A stretch of 64,000 nucleotides of DNA from Azolla caroliniana (GCA_043228905.1 CM091651.1:1-64000), one strand, 5' to 3'. Positions 46,678 to 61,520 are shown, numbered from the stretch's first letter. Made by a program: numbers and translations. Notes: generated by a model from the letters alone, not told the origin.

Positions 46678-47265
46678 GGGGATATGGCGGAATGGTAGAC
46701 GCTACGGACTCAATCGGATCGAGCCTGGGTGTGGAAACGGACCGAGTGACAGCTCCCAGATTCAGGGGAACCCAGGATTTTTTCGCGGGTAATCCTGAGC
46801 CAAATCTAACTTCAGCTAAATGACTTTTGGACATCGAAGCGAGATAGGTACAGAGACTCGACGGGAGCTATTCGAACGAACACTCTTTCAATCTTTACAG
46901 TCGGAGAGTTACTGACTGTACGACTACTACGACCATCCATCGGATTAGATAAGGTACAGGAACGGACGAGAGGGCTGGGTAGTTGGGTTGGACGAATATC
47001 AGGCGTGATCCTTGCTGCAATATATATAGTTGCTATCTGAAGGATCTATCCTTATTCTTGTTACTTCCGATTTTTCTACTTCGCTCGACTTGCTTTCTGG
47101 TGCACTAAAAAAAAAAGCTTCCACAAGTATTAGCAATTGATAGCTTTTTCGTGAATAAAGATAGAGTCCCATTCTACACGTTCGGCGAGCGTAACAATGC
47201 AAATCGTGGTAGAAAGAAAATCCGTTGGTTTTTTAACCGTGAGGGTTCGAGCCCCTCTATCCCTA
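46678..47265 (+). tRNA. trnL-UAA: tRNA-Leu with group I intron (trnL-UAA locus; genomic anticodon CAA)
   Basis: Exon 1 46678..46711, intron 46712..47216 (AATCCTGAGC, CAGAGACT and AAGATAGAGTCC core elements; terminal G), exon 2 47217..47265. Confidence 0.95.
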
Positions 47266-47455
47266 ATGGGACAGTATAAAGAGAAAATTTTTGATCTTTT
47301 ATAGATCAGATAGGTTTTTAGATCGACGTGCCTCTATTAAGAGGTAAAGCTATGAATGTCGTCCACTTAAAAGAAAACTCGATTGATTACGGAACATTCC
47401 GTACTTTCAGACTGAAAACGATTTCAACTTCTTTCTATTTAGGTAGAAATTACAA

Positions 47456-47499
47456 ATGAACCATTCAGCAAGCCTAAAAGACTGTCTGAATGGTTCATT
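47456..47499. repeat. Inverted repeat in the trnL-trnF spacer
   Basis: ATGAACCATTCAG ... CTGAATGGTTCAT arms. Confidence 0.7.
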
Positions 47500-47632
47500 C
47501 GAAGTAAAACCACATGAAGTCTCTGACAAAGCAAATATCTAATGCTACTAGTTCGACCGAGCAAGAAGAAAAAAATGAATCGGAAAAAGATCTACACCCT
47601 TCTTCTGTTTTTCGAGCATATTCTTTTAAAGG

Positions 47633-47637
47633 GCCGG

Positions 47638-47674
<37 letters not shown>

Positions 47675-47705
47675 CGTGTCACCAGTTCAAGTCTGGTTCT
47701 TGGCA
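47633..47705 (+). tRNA. trnF-GAA: tRNA-Phe(GAA)
   Basis: GCCGGGATAGCTCAGTTGGTAGAGC...CTGAAAA loop. Confidence 0.98.
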
Positions 47706-47961
47706 TACTATTAACAGAGAGAACAATGCTATACGATAGCATGGAACGTATCTCTCCGATGGGCATATGACGATCGGTAGATTTAGTCGTACAAGAATCC
47801 ATCCAAACAGATAAGTCTTTTGAACTTTTGAATTTGAATAATTGGCGAATCGCTCGGATCTTCCTTCCCATTTGAAAAATACCCCTGTAAAAGTGAAAAG
47901 TACGGGTATTTTAATTTATTCATTAGGAGGGAATAAGCCCCTTCCCCTGTTAGTATGTAAC

Positions 47962-48477
47962 CTAATATGCATCCTGCAACTCAAAAAAATTGGGTACAAC
48001 GTAGTCTTTACGCAAAGGCCAGCCGATCCAGCTTTCAGGCATCAGTATACGCCTAAGACGTGGATGACCCTGATAGATTATTCCTAACATGTCATAAGAT
48101 TCCCGTTCCTGAAAGTCAGAACTTTTCCAAACCCAAAAAACCGAAGGAATTATAGGGTTTTCTCTTGGAACAAAGATCTTTGTACAAACCTCCTCAGGTT
48201 GATCCGCCTCGTCCTGCATCTGCGTGAGGTGATACACGCTAACTAAAGGCCCCCCCGGTGTAGCGTCATACGCACATTGGGAACGTAGGTAGTTGAAACC
48301 AAAAATGTATGGAGCAACAGCTATTGACAGCCACTCTTCAGCTTTAACCTGCGAAGTTTCGACACCTCTATAATCATAACCTAGGGGTCTGTGAGCGAAT
48401 CCGTGTTTGGTCAACCAAGCGGATAATCGACCCTGCGTCGTCTTGGTGTCAAACATTTTTGTCTCGGTAGTACTCAT
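47962..48477 (-). CDS. ndhJ: NADH dehydrogenase subunit J
   Basis: QGRLSAWL...[12 protein letters not shown]...GWPLRKDY. Start is either ATG 48477 or ACG 48438 (the latter gives the usual MQGRLS start, 158 aa). Confidence 0.95.
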   Translation of the reverse strand: MSTTETKMFDTKTTQGRLSAWLTKHGFAHRPLGYDYRGVETSQVKAEEWLSIAVAPYIFGFNYLRSQCAYDATPGGPLVSVYHLTQMQDEADQPEEVCTKIFVPRENPIIPSVFWVWKSSDFQERESYDMLGIIYQGHPRLRRILMPESWIGWPLRKDYVVPNFFELQDAY

Positions 48478-48545
48478 ATCGATTAAAACCTCTCTTCTGT
48501 TTCTATACCCCAAAAAACTATTAACTCATCAGCTTCCGATATTGA

Positions 48546-49295
48546 TTATTCTGAAAGCTGACCTTTTACTATTATTGAATCTAACGAGACCAAAAAAGCA
48601 TCTAACGAGGACTCTCTACCCCGATCATCTAGCTGTTGGTTGTATTCGCCAGTGTGAATGCTGGGTACTAAATGGAGGTGATGATTCATACCAAAGTACT
48701 TTTTTCGAGTAGAACTAGAAGCTCGATCCTTGTTCCTATAGTTATTCTCTCGAGCCACTTTTTTGCGAAGTTTGGTCACAGCATCAATAATAGCTTCGGG
48801 TCTAGGTGGACAACCCGGCAAATAAATATCTACAGGAATTAATTTATCTACCCCGCGAACAGTGCTGTAGGAATCTGTACTAAACATACCTCCTGTAATT
48901 GTGCAGGCTCCCATAGCAATTACGTATTTTGGTTCAGGCATCTGTTCATATAACCTGACCAGGGATGGAGCCATTTTCATAGTTATCGTACCGGCTGTCA
49001 CGATGAGGTCAGCCTGTCTGGGGCTGGACCTGGGTACTAAGCCGTATCGGTCGAAGTCGAATCGCGAACCTATTAGTGAAGCAAACTCAATAAAACAGCA
49101 GCTAGTACCGTATAATAGTGGCCACAAACTTGATAGTCTAGACCAATTTGAAGAGTCATTAATACTAGCTAAAAAAATTGAGTTTGACGCGCCCTGATCA
49201 GGTAACAAGGACTCTATTGAATAGATAAGGGAATTCTCGGGGGGTTTAACGTTGTCATTGCTTTTTCCATTCAAATATTCAGTAATTGAGACCGT
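48546..49295 (-). CDS. ndhK: NADH dehydrogenase subunit K, probable ACG start overlapping the ndhC end
   Basis: [23 protein letters not shown] and LPGCPP Fe-S motifs. Confidence 0.95.
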   Translation of the reverse strand, partial: TVSITEYLNGKSNDNVKPPENSLIYSIESLLPDQGASNSIFLASINDSSNWSRLSSLWPLLYGTSCCFIEFASLIGSRFDFDRYGLVPRSSPRQADLIVTAGTITMKMAPSLVRLYEQMPEPKYVIAMGACTITGGMFSTDSYSTVRGVDKLIPVDIYLPGCPPRPEAIIDAVTKLRKKVARENNYRNKDRASSSTRKKYFGMNHHLHLVPSIHTGEYNQQLDDRGRESSLDAFLVSLDSIIVKGQLSE

Positions 49296-49648
49296 TCCGA
49301 TGCTCCTTTTCGCCATGCATGAACCGAACCGACTATTAGTATAAGTATGAAGATTATTGCTTCAATGAAGGCGAATAGGCCCGATTCCCTAAAACTCATA
49401 GCCCAAGGATGGAGAAAGACTGTCTCGACGTCGAAGATTGCAAATACCGAAGCGAACATGTAGTAACGAATCTGAAAACGAATCAAGGTATTTCCTTTAG
49501 GTTCAATACCCGACTCATAAATTGAAAATTTTTCTGGTCCCTCGCGTGTAGGGGCAAGAAATCCGGGAATCGAAAGAGCTAGATAGGGAATAGACAGAGA
49601 TACTAGTAGGAAGATCCAGAAAGAATCGTATTTATGGAGCAGAAACAT
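49286..49648 (-). CDS. ndhC: NADH dehydrogenase subunit 3, stop probably created from CAA
   Basis: MFLLHKYD...YESGIEP...FDVETVFL...[13 protein letters not shown] gives 120 aa; the genomic stop is at 49271. Confidence 0.96.
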
Positions 49649-50091
49649 TAACATACTCCTTTCTTTCAGTTTCAAAGTCATTTAACAGCTATATCACAGT
49701 AGGTGTAACATGTATCATTTTTTCAGGAAAGTCAAAAATAAGGTTTAAGAGAAAATCCTTGCTTACACATCGCTGTGGTAGATAATTAATCCGGAGAAGC
49801 GAGGAAGGGCGGAATCAAGAGGATTTTTTTTCTATTATCACTCAGGTCGGCGTGTATAAAACTAACCCCCGTCGAGGGTCCATCTGGGCATTTCTATGAT
49901 CAAATAACTGGAATATATCGAACTACCAAACTACTTTGTTTGGGAGAGAAAATCTAGAAATTTAATGATTCGGATTGAACTTAACAATAAATATCTATAG
50001 AGTTAGAACTATCTCTAATTCTATAGATAGATACTTATTGTTATAGATTGAAAATTAGAATGGTAATGCGTGTCTCATTTTTGCGTCGGAT

Positions 50092-50760
50092 TAGGGCTAT
50101 ACGGATTCGAACCGTAGACATTCTCGGTCATGCAGATCAAAAAATATGCTAAATATTCTAGAACTGCTTAACGAACCCAACATGCCGCTTTCGCTGCACT
50201 GGGCTCTACCATCAACCGCTCTCCCACTTAAGTTGGGATAAACGAACGATTATTGATGCACCAACCTTCCTCTTACCAGATAGGGTGATTCCGTGTGCTT
50301 GACTAAACCCGTCTCAAAAGAAGAATTTCTTTACGGATATAAATGAAGCAATCCCGAAGTATCTTGATTAGGTTATTGGTGTTGACACAGGTTTGCTCTT
50401 AAAAAGCACTGATCTACCTCTTCGGCGGATATTCTCTGTCGCTTGAGAGGAATATACGATACTCTTTACACCTGAAAGTTCGTAAGACGAAGAAGAGATT
50501 TTTTGGGGTCCTCGCGCAGCCCCCATAATCTGTAGCATTGGATAGATCACTCATCCACCATATCAACATATTTCTAAGATTGATCCTTTTCTGACCAATC
50601 CACCACCTGCCATGCTATTGTTCCCCTCCATACCTAATCGAGGTAAGACAGAATTGTATCATGCAGAATTTTGCGTGAATCGATCGGATTCGATAAACCT
50701 TTCTAGAGAAATCATCGGCGCACGTGTAAACGAGGTGCTCTACCACTGAGCTATAGCCCT
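50092..50760 (-). tRNA. trnV-UAC: tRNA-Val(UAC) with group II intron
   Basis: Exon 1 50760..50724 (…TTTACAC), intron 50723..50127 (GTGCG...GAC, domain V present), exon 2 50126..50092. Confidence 0.95.
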
Positions 50761-50785
50761 TGGTCAGTTTTGAGACGCAATAACT

Positions 50786-50815
50786 ATTGTATCAATACCG
50801 ATCGATCCTTGTCAA
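50786..50815 (-). promoter_or_regulatory. Sigma70-type promoter of trnV-UAC
   Basis: TTGACA-N18-TACAAT, 25 nt upstream of the tRNA. Confidence 0.7.
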
Positions 50816-50970
50816 GTCAGATACTCGAGGCAATTGGATATAACTAATCTTTGAACAAAAAAAATAGATATATGATTTTTTTTGTTCTCGATAGAACGTG
50901 TAGTTGTTTCCAAATACCTCGCCGAGTATAATATATATACGTAAGCGTGGGATGCAGTCACGTAAAAAAA

Positions 50971-51043
50971 GCCTACTTGACTCAGCGGTTAGAGTTTCGC
51001 TTTCATACGGCGAGAGTCATTGGTTCGAATCCAATAGTAGGTA
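50971..51043 (+). tRNA. trnM-CAU: Elongator tRNA-Met(CAU)
   Basis: GCCTACTTGACTCAGCGGTTAGAGT...TTCATAC loop. Confidence 0.96.
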
Positions 51044-51048
51044 AAACC

Positions 51049-51083
51049 TATTAGATATCATGATTACTAGACTGATATCTAAT
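51049..51083. terminator. Hairpin between convergent trnM and atpE
   Basis: TATTAGATATCA ... TGATATCTAATA arms. Confidence 0.55.
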
Positions 51084-51225
51084 AAGTTCTACAAATGTGT
51101 GAGATAAATGGTAATTTTTGGGTAATGTCTCAATACTATGACAGGACCGCGAAATCGCTGGATTCTTTTGCATCGTATCGCACACGTCTACCTATCCAAT
51201 CTATCTCAAGGTGGTAAGAAAAAAA

Positions 51226-51624
51226 TCAAATCGCGTTCAAAGCTTCTAATCGAGCCTTGGCCCTCTTAAGAGCTAAATTAGCCTCTATAACACTCTTCTT
51301 GCCTTCCGCTTTTGCCGAGTCAGCCTGAGCTATCTGAAAACACCTTTGAGCTTCGTCAGGATCAATTTCGGTAGCCCGTTCCGCTTCGTTGACCAGTACT
51401 GTTACTTGATTATTTTCTACCATGGCGAAACCACCCATTAGCGCCATGGCGGACCATTGCTCGTCCTGGCGTATCCTCGGTACTCCCATATCTAAAGCTG
51501 TAAGAAGCGGCGCGTGGTTAGGCAGTATACCAACCCGACCACTGTTGGTAGATAAAATGATTTCCCAAACCTCAGAGTTCCAAACGATTCGATTAGGAGC
51601 CATTACGCGAAGATTCGATTTCAT
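51226..51624 (-). CDS. atpE: ATP synthase CF1 epsilon subunit
   Basis: [23 protein letters not shown]. Confidence 0.97.
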   Translation of the reverse strand: MKSNLRVMAPNRIVWNSEVWEIILSTNSGRVGILPNHAPLLTALDMGVPRIRQDEQWSAMALMGGFAMVENNQVTVLVNEAERATEIDPDEAQRCFQIAQADSAKAEGKKSVIEANLALKRAKARLEALNAI

Positions 51625-51629
51625 CCCTT

Positions 51630-53126
<1,497 letters not shown>

Positions 53127-53572
53127 TTATCTTTATTTGATTACTGAATCGATAGAGAGATATCTTATTTCGTCGCCGATCCATTATCTGTTGGTGGCGA
53201 AAAGAGAGTCGTTCGGAACAAACCCCTTTAGTTTATTTCCCTCGCAGATATAATAATAGGTGGGTGGAACAAAGAGATAGGCGGAACTTTAGACAGACCC
53301 TGCCGAACCCCTCTCTCTTGTTTCATTTTGAGAGACTAACGAGTTGAACATTCCATGGTATGATTAAGTTCATCCTGTCCAGCATGTCTTATCCATCGAT
53401 TTTTCGTTATGGGTTTGGATGTCTGTCTCGAGAGACGGACCAACCGTTTGGTCCGATCCCTCGACTTCTTCTATCGACCAGTCTAACCATGAAGATATTC
53501 CCGAGTCAATCTATTGGAATGGGATAGATCCCTATTTCCAAAAGGATTTTTGAGAGGAACCCTAGTAGTTAG

Positions 53573-53602
53573 TTGCACTCCGCGTAAAACGCGATATAAA
53601 AT
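53573..53602 (+). promoter_or_regulatory. rbcL promoter
   Basis: TTGCAC-N18-TAAAAT about 160 nt upstream of the ATG; GGAGG Shine-Dalgarno before the start. Confidence 0.65.
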
Positions 53603-53641
53603 AGTAATGTTCCATGCTTTAAATGGAGTTTCGATAAATAG

Positions 53642-55189
<1,548 letters not shown>

Positions 55190-55241
55190 TCGATTTTCAG
55201 AAATCTTTGATACCACTAAGCGATCCTGCGGGACCCGTGGA

Positions 55242-55293
55242 ATGGGCAGGGGATATCGGGAGAGAATCTATCTTTACCGTACCCCTTCCCCAT
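55242..55293 (+). terminator. rbcL 3' stem-loop (imperfect)
   Basis: ATGGGCAGGGGATATCGG ... CCGTACCCCTTCCCCAT. Confidence 0.5.
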
Positions 55294-55304
55294 ATACGGA
55301 AATA

Positions 55305-55378
55305 GAATTGGTCGCTCGTTGGACGAAGGCACATGGTCCTGTACCATGGATCTAGGGGTTCGATCCCCCATCAATTCA
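55305..55378 (+). tRNA. Divergent tRNA-like gene at the trnR-CCG locus, genomic anticodon CTG; possibly a pseudogene
   Basis: Acceptor GAATTGG/TCAATTC+A, anticodon arm CATGG-TCCTGTA-CCATG, T arm GGGG-TTCGATC-CCCC; rbcL-accD position. Confidence 0.75.
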
Positions 55379-55747
55379 AACTCAAAAGTAGAGGGCAGGG
55401 CGAGGACAGGCTGATTAGATCGAATCAACGATTTACTGGATCAGTATTAAAAATGTTGTGACATATTGTTCGACAATACGTTGGAGATTTTCTCTCGAAT
55501 TCATAACATATAAGTGATCGGTTGTAGAATAAATCCTCCGACTGTCTTTTAGTTTCTTGGGCCATCAAACCCGTCAACAGCTTAAAAAATCCAGCTGGGA
55601 ACTATGCCAATTAGATAATATTTAATGAAATATTTTTGATGGTACATAAATTTATCCATTCAATTATTTTGTTGAGGGGATAGGTGTAATCTAAACACCA
55701 CAAAAAATTCCTTGGGTTAGGGGTGAAAAGTAGACGAGGATAAATTT

Positions 55748-56689
55748 ATGTCTCTAACAGATTGGTTTGAAGATAGACGCAAATTCGGTGGGTTGATCAT
55801 CGGAGCTTTTCCAGAAGACACTTCGGAGGATTCGAGTGAAAATGGAAAAGACAAGGAGAAAAAACTTAATATCAATACTCATAAGGGATTATGGGCTCGG
55901 TGTGACAATTGTGAGAATACGCTTCATGTGAAATTTCTTAAACAGAATAAGAGTATTTGTGATCAGTGCGGCTATCATCTTCGAATGAATAGCATCGAAA
56001 GAATTGAACTTCTAATTGATCGCGACACTTGGATTCCCATGGATGAAGACACGACCGCAACGGATGTTTTGGGTTTCTCCGATGAGGATTTCTATCACAA
56101 TCGTATCACTAATTCTCAAGAAGAGACAGGTTTGACGGATGCCGTTCAAACAGGTATAGGACATCTAGATGGAAAAATTATAGCGCTTGGTGTTATGGAC
56201 TTTAGTTTCATGGGAGGAAGTATGGGTTCTGTCGTGGGCGAAAAGATTACCCGCTTGATTGAGTATGCAACGTGCGAGTCTCTCCCACTAATCATAGTCT
56301 GTGCTTCTGGGGGTGCTCGTATGCAAGAAGGAACGTTAAGCTTAATGCAAATGGCTAAGATCTCTTCTGCTTTGCAGAAATATCAAGTTCAGAAGAAATT
56401 GCCTTATATATCGGTTCTTACTCATCCAACTACGGGTGGTGTAACTGCTAGTTTTGGTATGTCAGGAGACATAATCATAGCCGAACCTGAAGCATATATA
56501 GCGTTTGCTGGTAAAAGAGTGATCGAACAGACGTTACGCCAAAAAATACCTGACGGTTTTCAATCGGCTGAATCTTTATTTGATAATGGACTACTTGATT
56601 TGATTGTACCACGTAACCTCCCGAAGGGTGTTTTAAGCGAGACATTCGAACTTTATTCCTTAGCACCTTATCGCGATAGACAAAAGTGA
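55748..56689 (+). CDS. accD: Acetyl-CoA carboxylase carboxyltransferase beta subunit
   Basis: CDNC/CDQC zinc finger, [32 protein letters not shown]. Confidence 0.98.
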   Translation: MSLTDWFEDRRKFGGLIIGAFPEDTSEDSSENGKDKEKKLNINTHKGLWARCDNCENTLHVKFLKQNKSICDQCGYHLRMNSIERIELLIDRDTWIPMDEDTTATDVLGFSDEDFYHNRITNSQEETGLTDAVQTGIGHLDGKIIALGVMDFSFMGGSMGSVVGEKITRLIEYATCESLPLIIVCASGGARMQEGTLSLMQMAKISSALQKYQVQKKLPYISVLTHPTTGGVTASFGMSGDIIIAEPEAYIAFAGKRVIEQTLRQKIPDGFQSAESLFDNGLLDLIVPRNLPKGVLSETFELYSLAPYRDRQK

Positions 56690-57080
56690 TAGATAATATA
56701 TGAAAGATTTCACTATTGTTGTTCCCGAAAAAAACTGGAGTTTCCACTCAATTCGACGTCAATAAGAAACTTTCTTTTTTTATCTCTACAACATATAGAT
56801 AGATGGGGACTTCTTCAATCTCTATGACGTAATGCACATCCACGTCGATTGAATCAACGAAAAGTGCAATTGCAGATTTTTCGCTAACGACCTAATCTAC
56901 GAGGGTAATTATAGGGATAATACTTGGTTATTAGATGATTCTACTAAGGGGAAGTCTAGAAAGCCCTTCTCTTTGTAGGGCAAAAAATACTATCATTAAA
57001 TACTAGAAAGAGAGGTGAAAGGAAGATGTAGTATTGCATAAATAGATAGCCTTTTTATCTTCATTTGAGGTAAATTCATC

Positions 57081-57191
57081 ATGACAGCGTCCTATCTGCC
57101 CTCCATTTTTGTACCCTTAGTAGGCTCATTATTTCCGGCAATTACAATGGCTTTTCTGTTTCTCTACATAGAGCGTGATGAAATCCTCTAA
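57081..57191 (+). CDS. psaI: Photosystem I subunit VIII
   Basis: [36 protein letters not shown]. Confidence 0.97.
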   Translation: MTASYLPSIFVPLVGSLFPAITMAFLFLYIERDEIL

Positions 57192-57589
57192 TTCTTTCTG
57201 TTAGATATCCTTTCAGGACTAAACATTAAAGATTCTATTTAATCGATCTGTTGTTTGAACCGATTGTCGAGTTGGCGGAGTTTTTTTGCCGGACTTACGC
57301 CGCCTAAAAGTACCTACCCTCTGAATACCTCGAGGATGCTTCTTAGATCTATGTCTCATTTTCTTTTCAAATAGAAATGAGATATAGATTTTTTATCCGC
57401 CACTGCGACATGAGTAGATGACTCAGTATATCTAGGAATTAAGGGCAAACCGACCCACTTTTGTACGTAAACCGGGTCGGGGTTTCACGCAAGCTAAAAA
57501 AAGAAATATATATACTATTTAGGGGGGAGTCATAAGGTCGGTAACGCAAAGGATAACCGCTACACCACATAATCTTTGAGGAAATACTA

Positions 57590-58144
57590 ATGACTTGTCA
57601 TTCCAAACGCATCCGAGTAGATAACGTGAAGGGCTCTCGTACAATAGCAAATCTGTGTTGGGCTTCTATTCTTGTCTGCGGTGCAACAGGTTTCCTACTA
57701 GTTGGGATCTCTAGTTGCATTGGCAGAGACCTGATTCCTGGACTTCCGTCCGAACAGATTGTTTTTATCCCCCAAGGTATTGTAATGTCCTTCTATGGAA
57801 TCGCAGGTCTTTTTCTCGGGTTTTACTTGTGGTGTACCGTACTTTGGAACGTGGGTAGTGGATACAATTTATTCGATAAACAGGAGGGAATCTTCTCAAT
57901 ATTCCGATGGGGCTTTCCCGGAACTAGTCGTCGCATTCGTATCAATCTCCCACTGAAAGACGTAGAAGCTGTTGGGTTGGATGTCCGAGAAGGTCCCTAC
58001 CCCCGCCGAAGCCTCTATCTAAGAGTCAGGGGTAGACAGAATATACCTCTAAATCGAATTGATCAGGATTTGACTCTGGGAGGAATGGAGGAAGAAGCAG
58101 CCGAACTCGCCCGCTTCCTACGCGTATCGGTTGAAGGTTTATGA
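57590..58144 (+). CDS. ycf4: PSI assembly protein Ycf4 (PafII)
   Basis: FIPQGIVMSFYG, WNVGSGYN, FRWGFPG, AAELARFLRV. Confidence 0.97.
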   Translation: MTCHSKRIRVDNVKGSRTIANLCWASILVCGATGFLLVGISSCIGRDLIPGLPSEQIVFIPQGIVMSFYGIAGLFLGFYLWCTVLWNVGSGYNLFDKQEGIFSIFRWGFPGTSRRIRINLPLKDVEAVGLDVREGPYPRRSLYLRVRGRQNIPLNRIDQDLTLGGMEEEAAELARFLRVSVEGL

Positions 58145-58293
58145 AATTCCGCCGAGTGGATGAAGAGGTAAATAATCAACCAAATCGGGATAGGACAGGT
58201 ACTAGGGGTTTCATAATACGATTCGTAAACTAATGAAGATTAATTCGATTAGTACTCCACCTTGTGGATCCTCTCCCGAAATCGAAATGACAT

Positions 58294-59790
58294 ATGAGAT
58301 CATATATTTGGATTGTTCTTCGATGGTTTCGTAGTTTTTCATATCGTTCCCTGGATAGAGCTTATCAGGCTAGTAAGCGCCTAAAGTCTCTAAGGACAAA
58401 ACTTTTCAAACAAACAAAACCGTTTCCTTTGGGAGAGTCACTGCCAATCGTAGAAACTTTTACAGATAGGGATTTCCATAAAAGTAAAATTCGAATATAT
58501 TGGAGTCTCCTAGAGTGTAGACTAAGCCTATTGGTTTTAAAATTTGAAAGATTTTTGCAGTTTTTTCTTGAGATGAAGCATTCTGGGTCGTCTTCGCTAG
58601 TTCAGGCTCATACCATAAAGGATTTTTTTGCAGAAGATTATCCGGATCTGTCTTCGTACCGGTCGTCGAATACTCTAAATACTCGATCACTAACCCTAGG
58701 GTTCAAAAAGAATCACAGCAAAGGTAAGAGTACGGGCGAGGAACAAAAAAGGCTTGCTTTTTTTCGGAAAGACGAGGCGGAGGAGAGTTATGCCTCTTTA
58801 AAGAAGAGGTTTGTCTGTGACCAATCGACTAGTTCCGAAGAAATGAATAGAAAATTAGCCTGGATTGAAGCAACCTTGAATGATTCTGATCCTCGCGTGA
58901 AGCGTTTTTACACAGACCGTCCATCGTTTCGAACGAATCGAGAACCCACCGAGGAACCGTCTGGCTACGATCGTTTCGGTGGTACAACGGCTTATGAATC
59001 CATAAGCCTGGTACCCCGATCTTTGACTCGTACCTTGTCGAGATTCAAGGCTGAATTGACGAGTCAATCGAATTTTTCAGTACTTAATGATTTCATGTTA
59101 GCTAAAAACCAATCATTAGCCTCTATCCGGTATATCGGGTATTTATTACTCTTTCCTTCCGCGATTTCAATCAGTCTCAAAAATAGCTTTATAGAACCTC
59201 AGATCAGGGGTTGGTGGAACGTTTATCAACCACAACTATTCATAAACTCCTTTCAAGAGGAGAGGGCTTTGAATCGGCTTCGGAAGACGGAGGCGCTGCT
59301 TTGGTTAAACGATGCAACTGGAATTTCGATAGATACTCAATTCTGGAATTATGATACAAATGCGTACAACGAAACTATTCGATTGGCAGTAATGTATAAT
59401 GAAGCAAATATTCAGCTACTTTTGCAATTAGTAACCGATACAATTAGCATCATAATCTCGGTTCTATTGCTTATAACGGGTCGAAAGAGACTTGCAGTTC
59501 CAAACCCTTGGATTCAAGAATTATTTTATAGCTTGAATGACACAATGAAGGCGTTCTCTATTCTTCTACTAACTGATCCATGCGTAGGGTTCCACTCCCC
59601 CCACGGTTGGGAACTTTCTGTAGGGTCCTCCTTTGAACATTTCGGGTTGGCTCCTAATAAATATGCAATTTCTCGTTTCGTCTCAACTTTCCCGGTCATT
59701 TCAGATACAGTATTTAAGTATCGGATTTTTCGTCATTTGAATCGTACATCCCCCTCAATTGTAGCGACTCATCACACAATGAGTGAATGA
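58294..59790 (+). CDS. cemA: Chloroplast envelope membrane protein (long form)
   Basis: C-terminal GFHSPHGWE, FVSTFPV, VATHHTMSE*; long N-terminus as in seed-free plants. Confidence 0.94.
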   Translation: MRSYIWIVLRWFRSFSYRSLDRAYQASKRLKSLRTKLFKQTKPFPLGESLPIVETFTDRDFHKSKIRIYWSLLECRLSLLVLKFERFLQFFLEMKHSGSSSLVQAHTIKDFFAEDYPDLSSYRSSNTLNTRSLTLGFKKNHSKGKSTGEEQKRLAFFRKDEAEESYASLKKRFVCDQSTSSEEMNRKLAWIEATLNDSDPRVKRFYTDRPSFRTNREPTEEPSGYDRFGGTTAYESISLVPRSLTRTLSRFKAELTSQSNFSVLNDFMLAKNQSLASIRYIGYLLLFPSAISISLKNSFIEPQIRGWWNVYQPQLFINSFQEERALNRLRKTEALLWLNDATGISIDTQFWNYDTNAYNETIRLAVMYNEANIQLLLQLVTDTISIIISVLLLITGRKRLAVPNPWIQELFYSLNDTMKAFSILLLTDPCVGFHSPHGWELSVGSSFEHFGLAPNKYAISRFVSTFPVISDTVFKYRIFRHLNRTSPSIVATHHTMSE

Positions 59791-60022
59791 AGATTCTAAA
59801 ACCTAAACCGCGTCTGACGACAGACGACGGATTGGACGCATCTTTCGTAACGATCCAACCCACCTATCCCACGCTTCTTAGCCATTCACTAATAATTGAA
59901 GGAATGAGCCGAGAAAGAGGATAAGTACCAATGGATTTTAAATTGAAATAAGGGAAGTACTTTTGTATGCAGGGTCCGGAAACGATCCGTTTGGGCGGAG
60001 ACTTGGCAACAATCATAGATCT

Positions 60023-60988
60023 ATGCGAAGAAGAATTACGAATAACTGGATGAAAAAATGGTTGGTTCTATCACTAGTAGTATCCATTGGTTTTGGTAAA
60101 GTGAGCTGTTCACCCGTCTCAAACGCATATCCGATATTTGCACAGCAGAATTATGAGAATCCGCGCGAAGCTACAGGGCGCATTGTATGTGCAAATTGCC
60201 ACCTAGCAAAGAAACCGGTAGATGTGGAGGCTCCGCAATCTGTTCTTCCCGATACCGTATTTGAAGCAGTCGTTAAGATTCCCTATGATACATAGATAAA
60301 ACAAGTCCTTGCTAATGGGAAAAAGGGTGGGTTGAATGTAGGTGCTGTTCTTATTTTACCCGAAGGGTTTGAATTGGCTCCTCCCGATAGGATTCCGGCC
60401 GAAACAAAGGAAAAAATGGGAAAACTATCGTTCCAAAACTATCGCCCCGACAGAAAGAACATAATCGTGATAGGTCCGGTTCCAGGCAAACCATATAGTG
60501 AGATCGTATTTCCAATTCTTGCGCCGGACCCTGCTAACAATAAGGAGGCGCACTTCCTTAAATATCCAATTTATGTTGGAGGAAACAGGGGTAGAGGACA
60601 AATATATCCGGACGGGAGTAAAAGCAACAACACGGTTTATGCCGCTTCGGTAACAGGAAAAATAAAGAAGGTAGTTCGTAAAGAGGGTAAAGGTGGTTAC
60701 GAAGTTGTTATTGAAGAATTATCCGAGAGTCGTGAAATTACTGATATTATCCCACCCGGTCCCGAACTTATCGTTTCAGAAGGTGAATTCGTCAAGGTCG
60801 ATCAGCCATTGACTAATAATCCTAACGTGGGTGGTTTCGGTCAGGGGGAAGTGGAAATCGTACTCCAAGACCCATTACGTATTCAAGGTCTTCTAGTCTT
60901 TTTTGCGTCAGTTGCTCTGGCACAGGTTTTTCTCGTCCTTAAGAAGAAACAGTATGAAAAGGTCCAGTTGGCAGAAATGAATTTCTGA
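60023..60988 (+). CDS. petA: Apocytochrome f, in-frame TAG at 60293-60295
   Basis: YPIFAQQ, CANCH heme motif, [21 protein letters not shown]. Confidence 0.98.
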
Positions 60989-61520
60989 TTCCACACTTAC
61001 TTTGCATTGTACCCCTTTTTAAGTCTAAACTACGGATCAAGGGTCAGGTCTGAACTGAACCTGGTCTGCCCCCCCTCCTCACCAGGGACAAGGCGAGGAT
61101 TTAGTATATCTGTGTGTTTGAGGGCTGTAGCTGATACTAATAATTGTTGGTTGTGCGGGCTGGATCGTACCATCAAGCAAGTTGATTATCGATCGATTCT
61201 TCTTCAAAGAAGAATCGATCGAGTATTTAGTTTATTCGAAAGATGCGTCACTGAAATCCAGTAACCTTTTGGAGTAATATATATCTATATGTAGACCATA
61301 TTGTTCCAAATAAACCCACAGAACATCTATCCCTATAAAAGAATTTAAGTATGAATAGACTCAGCCATAAAGCTTTCTCCTTTTTGAACCGTAGCGTGAA
61401 GTAGGAACGAAGAAGCGACAGTCTTGATAGACTCACCCCCAACTTCATTTTGCTCAGTACGTAAATCGGATTAGACAAAAAAATCACCGACGAGTAATTA
61501 CCAACTAGATATATCCATCC

